From assembly GCA_037834085.1 (NCBI GenBank), contig JBBMKC010236030.1:1-32295 (forward strand): 32,295 nucleotides of DNA, written 5' to 3'. Shown here one piece after another: positions 1-11,065 of this stretch. The position numbers were made by a program, and so were the translations under genes. The stretch is from Bipalium vagum (Eukaryota). The notes beneath the pieces were generated by a model. The model ran no database searches, was not told the DNA's origin, and saw nothing but the letters and a program-made list of their open reading frames with translations. Position 1 is the first letter of the stretch. The number at the start of each line of letters is the position of its first letter.

Positions 1-72
1 AATAATAATAATAATAATAATAATAAGAATAATAATAATAATAATGATTAATAATAATAATATTATTATTAT
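1..72. repeat. (AAT)n/(TAT)n microsatellite
   Basis: Imperfect AAT run at 1-60 that switches to TAT repeats at 61-72, immediately before the splice acceptor of the kinase exon. Confidence 0.95.
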
Positions 73-76
73 TCAG

Positions 77-174
77 GCTGGTTAGTTGATCCGGATGCTA
101 GGCCTTCATTCACAGATTTAAGAAAAACCTTTGAGTCGATGTCGAAAAATCCAAACCGCTATTTATTGATACAG
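77..174 (+). CDS. egfr: Internal exon of an EGFR/ErbB-family receptor tyrosine kinase (end of kinase domain, subdomain XI)
   Basis: ttcag|GCTGG...ATACAG|gt, 98 nt, phase 1 to 0. Translates (C)WLVDPDARPSFTDLRKTFESMSKNPNRYLLIQ, aligning residue for residue with human EGFR [33 protein letters not shown]. Not in the ORF track. Paralog identity unknown. Confidence 0.92.
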
Positions 175-1536
175 GTCTTAAATATTTGTTTCAAAAATAA
201 TTTTCTTAAATTGAAAATTAAAATAATTTTGAAAAATTTTAAGAAGTCTGTTTTCTTTGTAATTTTACCTAATTCGAGAATAATTTAATGAGAAAACTAA
301 AGTGCTCTGGACATAATTTATAATTAAATTTCTAATTTAAAATGGTAATTCTATAAATTTCTGGGAAATTGTATTTTACTGGAAAAGTCAATATTTATAT
401 GATAGAAGGATAATATTTAATCTACCTCACATTTTTGGATCAATTAAAAAGAAAGAAACGTAAAAAATAAATAATAATAATAAATAAGGCTTATTATTTT
501 CATCTTAGTAAGGTTTATTAAATAAGTCATTTAAAATTTAATTGATTAATTTCATTTATTATTTAATTTCCAGTAATTATTTCAATGTCATCGAGGATTG
601 GAGAAAAAATAATTTTGTTCCATTAAATATTTTTAAAAATATTTTTTAATAAAATAGTTGCATAAAGACATAATATATTAAAAAATAAATAATTGAAATG
701 CATTATGACATGAAATACTTTTTGATCGAGGAAGTAAAAGAAGCATAACAATGAAGCCATCAGTTGATTTGATGCAACATAACCAAAGGCGGTCTATTAT
801 CCTAAAAGTTGAACATCTAAAGTAAATTGATGGGTAATAAATAAATATACTATTCTAAACTAGACAAAGGAAATATAGAAGAAAATACTTTTTATTTTGA
901 TTATTATAGTTATATTAGTAAAAATATTAAAAATATTAAAAATATTAAAATTATTTAAGAAAATAATATATTTTTAATGCTATTCAATTAAATTTTTTAT
1001 TATATATTATTATCACAATTATATATTACTTTTATCTATTATGAATTATATATTAATTAAATTAATAATTAATTAATTATTATTATATTAATTTAAGTGT
1101 TTTAATTAAGATATATTTAAATCGTATTATAAACACATAATTATTGTAATTCCATTCAAATTAATAAAGCAATTTAAAAATACCAGATCAATGCCTTGGA
1201 TATATTCTCTCATTTATTTTACTATAGGTTTCTCAAGAATGTTGCGTTGACAGTACTATTAAACTGGAAGATTATACAATAACGAATATGCTCTTTATTA
1301 AAATCCATTATATTAAACTACAATTTTTAAAAGTTATTTAAATTTATTTTATCAATAATTAAAGATTTATACCTGTTCTCATTAATTATTAATTTGAGAT
1401 ATGCGCTAAGTGATAAGTATTATTAAAATAACTTCAGAAAGTGACAAACTAAAAAATTATTAAATCCTTAAACTAATATTTGCTGACTTATTAAACCTTT
1501 AAGAACAATGAATTTTACTTTTTTCACATAAATTAT

Positions 1537-2392
1537 TATTGGGTGTACAAAATATAATCCAAATTTATAATTATTTTATATAACTAATACAGTTGTTTTA
1601 ATATTTCAATTTGCTATCAATATTTATATCAATTACTAATAGAGCATCATATTTTCAACAAGATCAGTCAGAAATGTCAAAAAAAGTTCGCTTCAGCAGT
1701 GTCTAACATGAAAACCGACCTTTTTTGTATTTGTAATATATAATGAATTTTGTTATTTATAAAAAAGCGTCGAAAGTCGTTATTATGGAAAGTCATTACT
1801 GGAAATGAGAAATGAATTCAATATAATAACCCAAAACGTAAAAGGTCATGGATATATCCTGGAGAACCATCAACATTTGTGTAAAGTTAAATTGTTTCGG
1901 AAAAACATGAATGCTTTCATATGGAGGGATACTATGAGCTGTTGGAAGTCGGTCAAACAGGTACTGCCGATCCCTAGAAAGATCAATTAAACTGTTTGAG
2001 TAAACATTTTGAGTTAAGAAGCCCGTTTAGTAGTAAAGAAAACGACCTGTGCTATTTTTGCATGACAACACCAGGCCGCATATAGTTTCAAAAACAAATG
2101 ACACCATAATGAAGCTTGGCTGAGAAATCTTGGAGCATCCGGGGTATCCACCAGACATTGCTCCAACTGGTTATCATTTGTTTAAGTCAATGTAGAATGC
2201 TTTGTGTGATACACAATTTCAATTAGTGGATGACACACGAAAATGACTTGAGAAATTTTTGGTTTTCAAACAGCCAGACTTTTTTCAAGATGGAATTCAT
2301 CAACTGTCTGCAAGATGGCTTAAAGGTATGGATTTGTATCACTTTTAATAAAATAAATTTTGAAGAAAGGTCAAAATTTTTTAGAACACCTC
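1537..2392 (+). mobile_element. Degenerate, internally deleted mariner (DD34D) transposon
   Basis: 1762-1870 reads KKRRKSLLWKVITGNEK*IQYNNPKRKRSWIYPGEPS (first-D motif TGDEKW). About 2050-2200 reads VLFLHDNTRPH...LG*EILEHPGYPPDIAPTGYHLFKSM (HDNARPH and YSPDLAP motifs). Stops and frameshifts throughout. Putative left TIR TATTGGGTGTACAA at 1537; the right TIR near 2370-2392 is only weakly similar. Confidence 0.88.
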
Positions 2393-2669
2393 AAACGCTA
2401 CCAAAACCAAAATAAAACAAAAAATTTTTATAGTAAATTTCTCTATCAACAATAGATTGAAAATTTTATCCTTTGAGTTAAGATATCACACAACAACAAA
2501 TGTCTTTAAACTGATAAAATTAACACAAATATTTATTTATATTAACACAAATTATTGTAAAGAAATATATGGTACAAAATTAAACTGAAAACATTAAAGT
2601 AAATAAAATAGTAAAAAATATAATGAAAAAAATATAAATAAAATTTTTATCATTCCTCTTTCAATTTAG

Positions 2670-2951
2670 AATGCGGAAAAAGTGGAACCTTTTTATGTGG
2701 AATGGGAAGAGGACGCCTTAAAATATGATGAATTTTTACATGCTCTGGTAACCGTTCCTCATTTGAACACCGAATACGAATCGACGACTCCCAACCCGGT
2801 GGACAAAAGGCATATCAAATCGGTGAAGAACCGCTATCGAGAGATGAGAGCCTACAGGAACTGCTTCATGAATAATGAGATTTATACAACAAATCCCAAG
2901 ACTGACAAGTCCAGTTCAGCAAACTCGGAATATACGGAAATTTTATTTGAA
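2670..2951 (+). CDS. egfr: EGFR-like cytoplasmic tail exon
   Basis: Pyrimidine-rich acceptor ttcctctttcaatttag|, donor GAA|gtatta, 282 nt, phase 0 to 0, GC-elevated open frame NAEKVEPFYVEWEEDALKYDEFL...NEIYTTNPK...SEYTEILFE. Phase matches the exon ending at 174. Confidence 0.75.
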
Positions 2952-5900
2952 GTATTAATTTTATTTGAAAGAAAGATTTTTCTTCGTAATAGTTATTATG
3001 AGCGAAAATTATGTCGATAAGAAGTAACATTTGATAGTTGTATTTGAAACCAATTGTAAACATTTCCCATTCAGTCATATTTGGTAAAATTAAAGTAAAT
3101 ATTTTCGTCGAAAAATTTGTATTATTTATCATTTTGTAGAATAATACTTTTGTTAAAATGTTTAAAAATAATCAAAAAAAATAGAAATTAATAAAAATTA
3201 TTAATGAAAATATAGATAATCCAATTAATAAAACAAACAATTTACACGGACAACGGAATTTAAATGATGATTAATTTTTAATATTTTTAACAAAAATGAT
3301 TGGATAATTCAATGAAAATAAAAACAAATTTTAAATGAAAATTAAAAAGAAGATAAAATGTTGAGATTGATAAGTTCCACTAATGAAATATGTAACAGAA
3401 AATACAAGTGTCCATTTAATTAAAAAATTTCCTGTTCTGAAAGCTCTTCGTTTCACATATGAAATCTGTTAATTTATCAATTTACAGAATTCAGAAAACA
3501 TATTAAAACTTATCGGCCTTAATTGATTTAAAATTAGTTTCCATTAAGAAAGATTTGTTAAAGCGTAAACAATAAATGTCTTGAGCAAGATTCTCTGGTC
3601 ACATTTAGAAAGGAAAACAAAATTTTGTGATATAATAAAAAACGTTTTACGCGGATAAATGAAAATTGATGAATGTTTCCATTGAAGAATTAAAAAATTG
3701 GAAAAAAAAACGATTATTTATGAAGAAAGAATCGGGTGAAGGTGTAAGAGAAAAAACTGAAATTAAAAAATAACCTTTTATCTTTTTAATGAATATTTTT
3801 AAGGAACATTTCTAAATATTTATTTAATTTATTTATCTAATTACATTTTTTTGCTTATTTTTTATTCGCAATAATTTTTTTCTTGATTTTTTAAACTTTA
3901 TTTATAAATTAAAGACTTTCAGTAAAACAATTGTATAAATTGAAGAATAAAATGAAAAAAATACCTTATGATTTAGTTTCTGATCACAAATTGAATAAAT
4001 CAGAGGCAATTTGAATGCTCTTCTATACATCATTGTAGTTCTGAGAGCCGTATTACTTCTATTAATGCTAACAGTTCCAAGCAGTAGTTATCAATAATTC
4101 AATACTAGACCTCATACCGCCAGATGGAATCAATAACTGAACATCATATTAAACAGATTTATCTTCTATTGAACATTATAATAATAGAAATAAATCTTAT
4201 TAATAATTTGATGAAATATATTTGAAAATTTTATTGGTTCAGTTTTAATTGTTTCATTCTATTTGAAGAGTGTATTGATCTGATCATAAAAAATCTAATA
4301 AGGTTGTCATTTATTTATAACTGTTGTAATTTATTAAAAACAATATGAAATGTAATAAATAATATTTTCATTATACACATATTTATATATGACATTAAAT
4401 TTTAATGATTTTACATTTTACGTGATATGTTCTAAATTTTAATTTTACTGTGGGTCAGTAATTCCTTATTATGAATTCGTATGGGAAATATTTAAGATTT
4501 TTATTAATTTTTATTTATTTTTAGAATTCCCGAAATCAATTTCTAAGATTTCTTAGAGACTTGTTAAGGACTTATTATTTAAAATCCTTTAATATAATGA
4601 ATTATTTTAATTAAAAATTCAATTTAAATAATGTTCATTAATTAATTAGTAATTAATAGTTAATTTTGTAACTTAAAAATGATTTCGTTAAATCTTCAAT
4701 ATCAATAATATCTTAGAACTTTATTCCGTTTCAGTGTATATAATATTTTATATTTCATTTTCGTAATAAGTAACATTTAATAATAAATATACAAACTCCG
4801 TTTCTTAATCATTATAAAACATTTCATCTTCACATGGTTTTTTTTACATTAAACTATGAAATTTCTATTTCTTACTGTCAACTTTTTATAAAACTCTTTT
4901 ATTTATTCAAACAAGTTCTATTTTTTAATATTATAATGTTGATAATATTATTTATTACTCTATCATTGTTACTGTAATTCTTTTCACTATTCTGATTTTC
5001 ATTTTTCTTTTATATTTCTCTTCTTTTTACCATACATTAAAGTATCATTTTGATATTTTGTCATCTGTCTGTCCCAGGGTAATTATATTTTTTCTCAAAG
5101 AGGAAATTATCAAAATATATTTTGTAAGATGAAATATTCAGTAATCTTGTTTAATGTTATATTATATGTTTCTTTTCTCATTTCATTTTATTAATATTAT
5201 TTATTTATATTTCCACTTGTATTATTTAATTTATTTATTGTTATTATTTATTATATTATTTAATGTTCTTTTAGGCAGAAAAAATATCTATGCAAAAAAT
5301 GTAAAATAATAATTATTTTATCATAAAATATATTTGTCCCGAGGATGTAGATTTCATTGTATTCAACCTGAAAGAAATGATATTCACTGAGTTGTATGAT
5401 TCTATTATCAGCTTAATTACTTACGTATTTCACCAAAGACAATAATACTAGACAAATTATTTTCCTACATATTTATAATTCCCAGAGTTAAACTAACATT
5501 TATTCGAAATAACATTTTTTAATTTCACAAAATAAAATTATTTATTTTTAGACCTGTTTAATGTTGATTTAGTCACTTTAACAATTCCATAATTCATCCG
5601 TTTTTCTCAAAGAATTCTTTTTATTCATTCATTGTTAAAATAATTAATTACTGAGTAAATAATTAAATTTAATTAATTAAAATTGAATTAAGTGCTCTTA
5701 AATTATTTATCTTTCAAATAAAATGAGATCATTAATTTATTGGATCTGATAATCTAATCCTGGTCTAATTTATGATAAATAAAAAATATAATAATTTTAG
5801 AAAAATCAATATTAAAATAGAAAATATTTTAGAACATTTTTGGATAATTATAAAAATAATTATGATGACATTGATCTTAATAAAATTTAATCAGCTTCAA

Positions 5901-6144
5901 TTGAAAAATAACACAATATCCGATATTAACTTATAAAAAGAAATAATTAACTTTTTAAAAATTAAATAAATAAAACATTTTTGTTACTATATTTAGTATT
6001 TATAATAAGATATTTAACATGAATGGCGTATGATTGGTTTAAAATTTGAAAAAAATTAAATAATAAAAGTTATATTTCTGAGCTCCCGTGTATGTAATTA
6101 TAATAATAAGACAAGACCAAAGTAAAATAATATAATGTATTAAT

Positions 6145-6310
6145 TCCGATTATTTAAACAAACTTTTCAAAAATGGACCTGACTAATTTTATTTTATTTA
6201 AATTATTCAATTTACAAAAATTTATCAACATTTTTTATGCCTTTTAGATTTACAAATTTTACATTAAAATTTTAACTATTAAAAATATTTAATAACCATT
6301 GAAAACTGTA
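6145..6310. repeat. Dispersed repeat copy 1 (MITE-like family shared with 8544-8735)
   Basis: tccgattatttaaacaaacttttcaaaaatggacct...aaattattcaatttacaaaaatttatcaacatt is collinear with 8544-8630 tccgattacttaaacaaacttttcaaacatggacct...aaattatttaccttataaaaatttaccaacatt. Confidence 0.7.
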
Positions 6311-6865
6311 ACTTGTAATAGAATGACTTTGTGCCTTTTACTGACCATTAAATGTCATTTTTGAATAAATTCTGTATTCAAATTACTTAATTGCTATTTG
6401 TACCGATCTCCTGTGATGAGTTCATTCTGTGATACTCGTAAAGATAACCGCGTAATAAATAACACCTTGATTCCACCAAATGGAGACCATTGCTTTTTTG
6501 CCTTGTATATTGAGTTTCTGAGTCGATCCAACTGGTTTACCTGGGTTCACCCACAACCCTTTTCGTTTTGGATTGTCGAGATTGATTAATTTTTCATCCT
6601 AATTTAGTATTTCCCACAGAAAATTTTTCTTCTGTTGTCTGAAAAGCAGTGAGACTCAGATGTCAAAACAGTTCTCAATTGCATTTGTTTTCAAATCATA
6701 TGGAACCCATTTTCTTTTCTTTAAGGATCAATTTTCCACATCTCACGCAAATGATTTGGAATATTTGCAAGAAAGACGTTTAATATTTTTTCCATATTCT
6801 TTGAGAGTCAGAGTCGAGTCAATAATAATGTTTCCAAATCGTTATTGTTAAACTTTCTAGTTAAT
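6310..6865 (-). mobile_element. Degenerate mariner transposase fragment (linker and catalytic N-half)
   Basis: Minus strand reads KWVPYDLKTNAIENCFDI*VSLLFRQQKKNFLWEILN*DEKLINLDNPKRKGLWVNPGKPVGSTQKLNIQGKKAMVSIWWNQGVIYY...KRHKVILL, with WVPHEL and GKKVMLCIWWD homologues. Truncated just before HDNARPH. Confidence 0.9.
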
Positions 6866-7543
6866 TATCTTTTTAAAGGTTTTAATATTTAATAGTTAAT
6901 GCTTATGATAATAATAATATTATGTAATTTAATTTGAAATGTCACAAAACATAATTGATTTCTTTCCATTTACTCTATTACAGAAAATTACGTTAGCACA
7001 ATAAAATTTTAATTAATTTCCGAACGGTAATGTTCTTACACTTAACTCATAACCCAAGTGAGATTTTGTAGAGATAAATAAAAAGCTATCACAATAATTA
7101 TCTAAGCAGTAACCAATGAAATATTATTGAATTAATTAATTAATTATGAATCACTTTATCATTTATTAATTTCGCCTACTCATTTGTTAATGAATAAATA
7201 TTTTAAAAATTATCTCTGAAATGCTAATTATTATTATCAATTTATTGCTATCATTAAAATTTATTATTTTTTAATATTATTTTATTTTTATATTATTATT
7301 ATTATTATTAATTCATTTTTAATATTCAGTGTTTTAATATTTTTAAACTTTTTTACTTTTTAATAAATTTTTAATTATGATAAGATAAAATATTTAATAT
7401 GATAAAATTGAAAAGGAATTCTTGTTTTTAAAGCTTATTTAGATTTAATATTCTTGAGAATTAAATCTTTGGGAAACTGACTTAATATCTCACTTATAAA
7501 GGATTATTACTTTTATTATTTTTAAAATCCTTCAAAAATTCAG

Positions 7544-7766
7544 AAGAAACAAAACTCTAATGAAACAGGAAGTATGTGGTCTGATTATTCGGATGATAAG
7601 CTTAAGCGAATGTCCAACAATACCCTGATGACAACAATCAATTATAACTCTAATGATTCGCAAAAGAGTCAAGTCCTTGATCCAGATTTAACAGACGACG
7701 GCTACTTGATTCCAAAGTCCAATGTTGCTTTGGACTTAAAAAACGACCTTTCGTATTTGGTATCAG
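7544..7766 (+). CDS. egfr: EGFR-like cytoplasmic tail exon (DDGYLIP motif)
   Basis: Acceptor attcag|, donor CAG|gtagca, 223 nt, phase 0 to 1. Reads KKQNSNETGSMWSDYSDDKL...LDPDLTDDGYLIPKSNVALDLKNDLSYLVS. The acidic-YLxP motif is typical of EGFR tails. Confidence 0.72.
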
Positions 7767-8543
7767 GTAGCAATTATTTTTTCATTTTTACCTCTTCCTG
7801 TTGTCCTCTTCTCTCAAAATAATACAAACCAACCTTTATTCGATAATATATAATGTCACCAATATTTAATATTCATAATTAGTTTTTCAAAAAAACCATA
7901 TTCATTCTTATACGAGAGCTCAAAAATGTTTATCAAAGATTTTTATCGATTTTAAATCTGATATTAAATTTTGTATTCATTTTTTAATGAAAATCTTTTA
8001 ATTCAATCTGAAAATAATTAAATGAAATTATTTAAAAGCAAAAAATAAGAAGAACATCAAAAATATTTTTTATAATTAATTAAAATTAATTATACATTTC
8101 CACTCAAAAGACGATTTCAGACTTAGATCACACTAGTAAACTAGGAAAAATTTGAACCAGATCACGTTAAAAAGTTGATCAAAGATTTCCTCATAAGCTG
8201 GTAAGAAAGATCAAGGTGTTAGAGAGATAGTTATGATCCACGTAGTTAATGAAGCTATACATTCGTTACTGATAACTAAAAGTGAGCTTGATACATTAAA
8301 ACCCTATCATTTATGGTTAAGCATCAAAGAATATTTACATTAAGAAAATTTACTGGTGTTCCCTTGAATTTTAAAAATGTATACTAACACAACCAATTAT
8401 AAACGATTTAAATAATTAATACAAAGAACCACCTAAGGGTTAAACAATTAGATAAAAATGATGAAAATTGGTTAATGAACATGGAACTTGTAGTCAGTTA
8501 TATTCTCGTGTAGTCATTGTAAATAATAATATATTTCACTAAA

Positions 8544-8735
8544 TCCGATTACTTAAACAAACTTTTCAAACATGGACCTCACCGATTTTTGAAAATTAAA
8601 TTATTTACCTTATAAAAATTTACCAACATTTATTTAAATATTTAAAAACCGTAACATTATAATTTTTTAAAACTTTAAATGAAAAACATTTAATAATTGT
8701 TAATTTAAGCGTGAGGTCCTTATTTAAAAATTTCA
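8544..8735. repeat. Dispersed repeat copy 2, with imperfect inverted ends (MITE-like)
   Basis: Homologous to 6145-6310. aaacttttcaaacatGGACCTCAC (ending 8582) is inverted with GTGAGGTCCttatttaaaaattt (starting 8711). Confidence 0.6.
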
Positions 8736-9130
8736 AGCAAACTAATTGCTCGAACCACTCCTTATATATCTCCATTTTTATTATGATCAACCTCTGAAGA
8801 CTGCTGTAATTCAGGAAGATATTCGTACTTTAAATAAATATTCTTCTTGATTCTGTTTATTCTCCAGACTATGGCTCTTAATATTTGCTCCCCTCCTTTT
8901 ATCATGTCTAGGCTGGACAACGCTTTCAAAGCGTTCCAATCATTGTAGGTCATCTATGGAATTATTGCTAACACATATCTTTAACAATGGAATCCACACG
9001 CTCCCGAAAGATAGTTAAAATTCATCTAAGAATGGAAAAATATTTCGAAGGATATAAATGTTAATCCAATTTTTTACAAGTGAAATCAAGTTTGAAAAAA
9101 TAAAACTATAAATTTTAAAGCTTATTGTTT

Positions 9131-9133
<3 letters not shown>

Positions 9134-9163
<30 letters not shown>
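9134..9163. repeat. (ATT)n microsatellite
   Basis: About 10 perfect ATT units. Confidence 0.9.
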
Positions 9164-9164
<1 letters not shown>

Positions 9165-10499
9165 CTTTTGTAATTTTTGTTTTTATTTACCTTTTCATAA
9201 ACATTTAGGAGCAGTGATTTATTATTTATTTACTTATCCCCGAAAAAACTAAAACAACAATAAGTTTTCTAAATATTTTTTACTCCTGTCAGGAAATTAA
9301 TATTTTTTCTATTATTTCAAGTTATTAATCATTTTTTTAATTAATGCCCGAGAATCATATGCTAAAATTTTCCAAGGTAAGACTGCTTTCAAAAAAGTTT
9401 TAATCAAGAATCACAATTAATTAAAACAAAGTTGAAAAGATACGCTCAGATTTCCCAATATCAGAATGATTATTTTAATTATGTAAAAAAATAAAAAGAA
9501 AATAATTTTTAAAGAAAATATAAATCATTTTAATGAAATTCTGAAAAAAATTTTGTTTTTTTAATTATTTTGTCTGTTATGAAAATCTCTTTATGCTTAT
9601 ATTGCTGAATAAAACTTATATAAAACCATAATGCTTATCTTTACTTGTAGTAAATTTTCCTCTGTGGGATTAATTTGAAGAGATGTTACAAGCAGATATT
9701 TTTAATGTATATTCCAGTCTCAAAACCACTCCACACTTTACTGTCTATGGTAGAACTTGGTATTGTTTGCTCGTAATGATCAGTGGAACCTAATTTCTTT
9801 GATAAATATCATTCCCAGAAAATCCATTGAAAATGAGAATATTAAATAATCCCTACTTAAAGATCAGCGAACACATTTGCCCATTTGTCATAAATATTTT
9901 ATTGCTCCAATATTTGAAGAAATAAATAATAATCGTCAAATTTTATTTCACTCAAATATACAAACAAACAATTCTACGAATTACAGATAATTATTGGACT
10001 GATACAAACATTTTAATTGGAAAAAAATTAATCAATTTAAATCTAATATTTTTATAAATTTTAAGTAATTATATCAACTAATTTCGCGACTGTCCTATTG
10101 AAACCAATTAATTATTAATTTTAATCCAATTTTTAATTCACATAATTTTCCAATCAAATATGATGAAACCGGTGAAAACAGTTGTTTCATAAATATCAGC
10201 TTAATTTATTGGGACTTTTATTTCTTTTTCTCCATTTATTGATTTTTTTGGAGAAACTGGTCAGTTCTGAGAATTTTCGCTCGCTTTCACAGAAATTATA
10301 TCTTTCGAAAGATTCATGTGTTTATAAATTTTATATATTTTTTAATAAAGCTACTTGACAAATGTATTTTCAACTCCTATAATTTTTCATAATGTTTACT
10401 TATCCTGGCAGCAAGAATTTTATCTCAAACGTAATAAATAATAAATGAATATTCTTAATAGAATTTCTGAAATAATACATTAATATTATTATATTTAGA

Positions 10500-11065
10500 T
10501 ATCAGGTTGATGCATATGAAGTGTCGTTTTCATATAATTTTAGCTGTCAATAATAAGTGAGGAAAAGGCTTTATACAATCTTTTATTTATCAAAATAAGC
10601 TCCTCCAGCATTAACACACATCTTCCAGCAATTTGTCTATATTTTCTAGTGTGTATATTCGAAATTTTAAAAATTCTTGACTTTTGGAATTAAAGAATTG
10701 TCGATCAGCATTTTCTAGATCTTCTTGATTATTATTATTCTTGTAGAAGTTGAACCGGAAGCTTGAATAGGTAGAAATAAGTTATGGCTAAATCGGACAA
10801 ATATGGTGCATGTCGCAGATGTAAAGTACTTCATATCCGAGTATTTTTCACTGAGACATGAGGATTCGCGTTATTCTGCAATAAAATATGGCCATGTCGG
10901 CTGCACAATACACGTCACTATTTATAGTCTTTACATGCTCTTTGTTCAAGTAATCACAGTATATATCCGGATTCACTGTTTCACCAGTTGGCAATTAGAA
11001 ATAATCAATAATACCACGAAAAGCCAACCAAACTAATACCAAAAGTTTCTGTGAAAGTATAAAGA
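10500..11065 (-). mobile_element. Mariner 3' half with its 3' terminal inverted repeat
   Basis: TA|TCAGGTTGATGCATATGAAGTGTCGTTTT at 10500-10530 resembles Mos1-type TIRs. Minus strand reads QKLLVLVWLAFRGIIDYF*LPTGETVNPDIYCDYL...HILLQNNANPH...LGYEVL...HAPYLSDLAITYFYLF...CWKMCVNAGGAYFDK*. Confidence 0.88.

Noticed and set aside
2952-3020. ORF-track extension of the 2682-3020 ORF as a standalone 112-aa protein
   Set aside because: Starts at GTG just inside an exon and runs into AT-rich intron sequence after the donor at 2952. Better explained as an internal exon.
4085-4125. NTRPHTAR peptide resembling mariner DNARPH
   Set aside because: Too short, with no supporting flanking motifs.
8762-9040. 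Minus-strand 63-aa ORF (MTYNDWNALKALSS...) with an upstream acceptor-like site
   Set aside because: No recognisable family and all frames are interrupted upstream. Probably decayed repeat sequence.
9680-9890. Possible Tc1-like fragment on the minus strand
   Set aside because: No unambiguous catalytic motif recovered.
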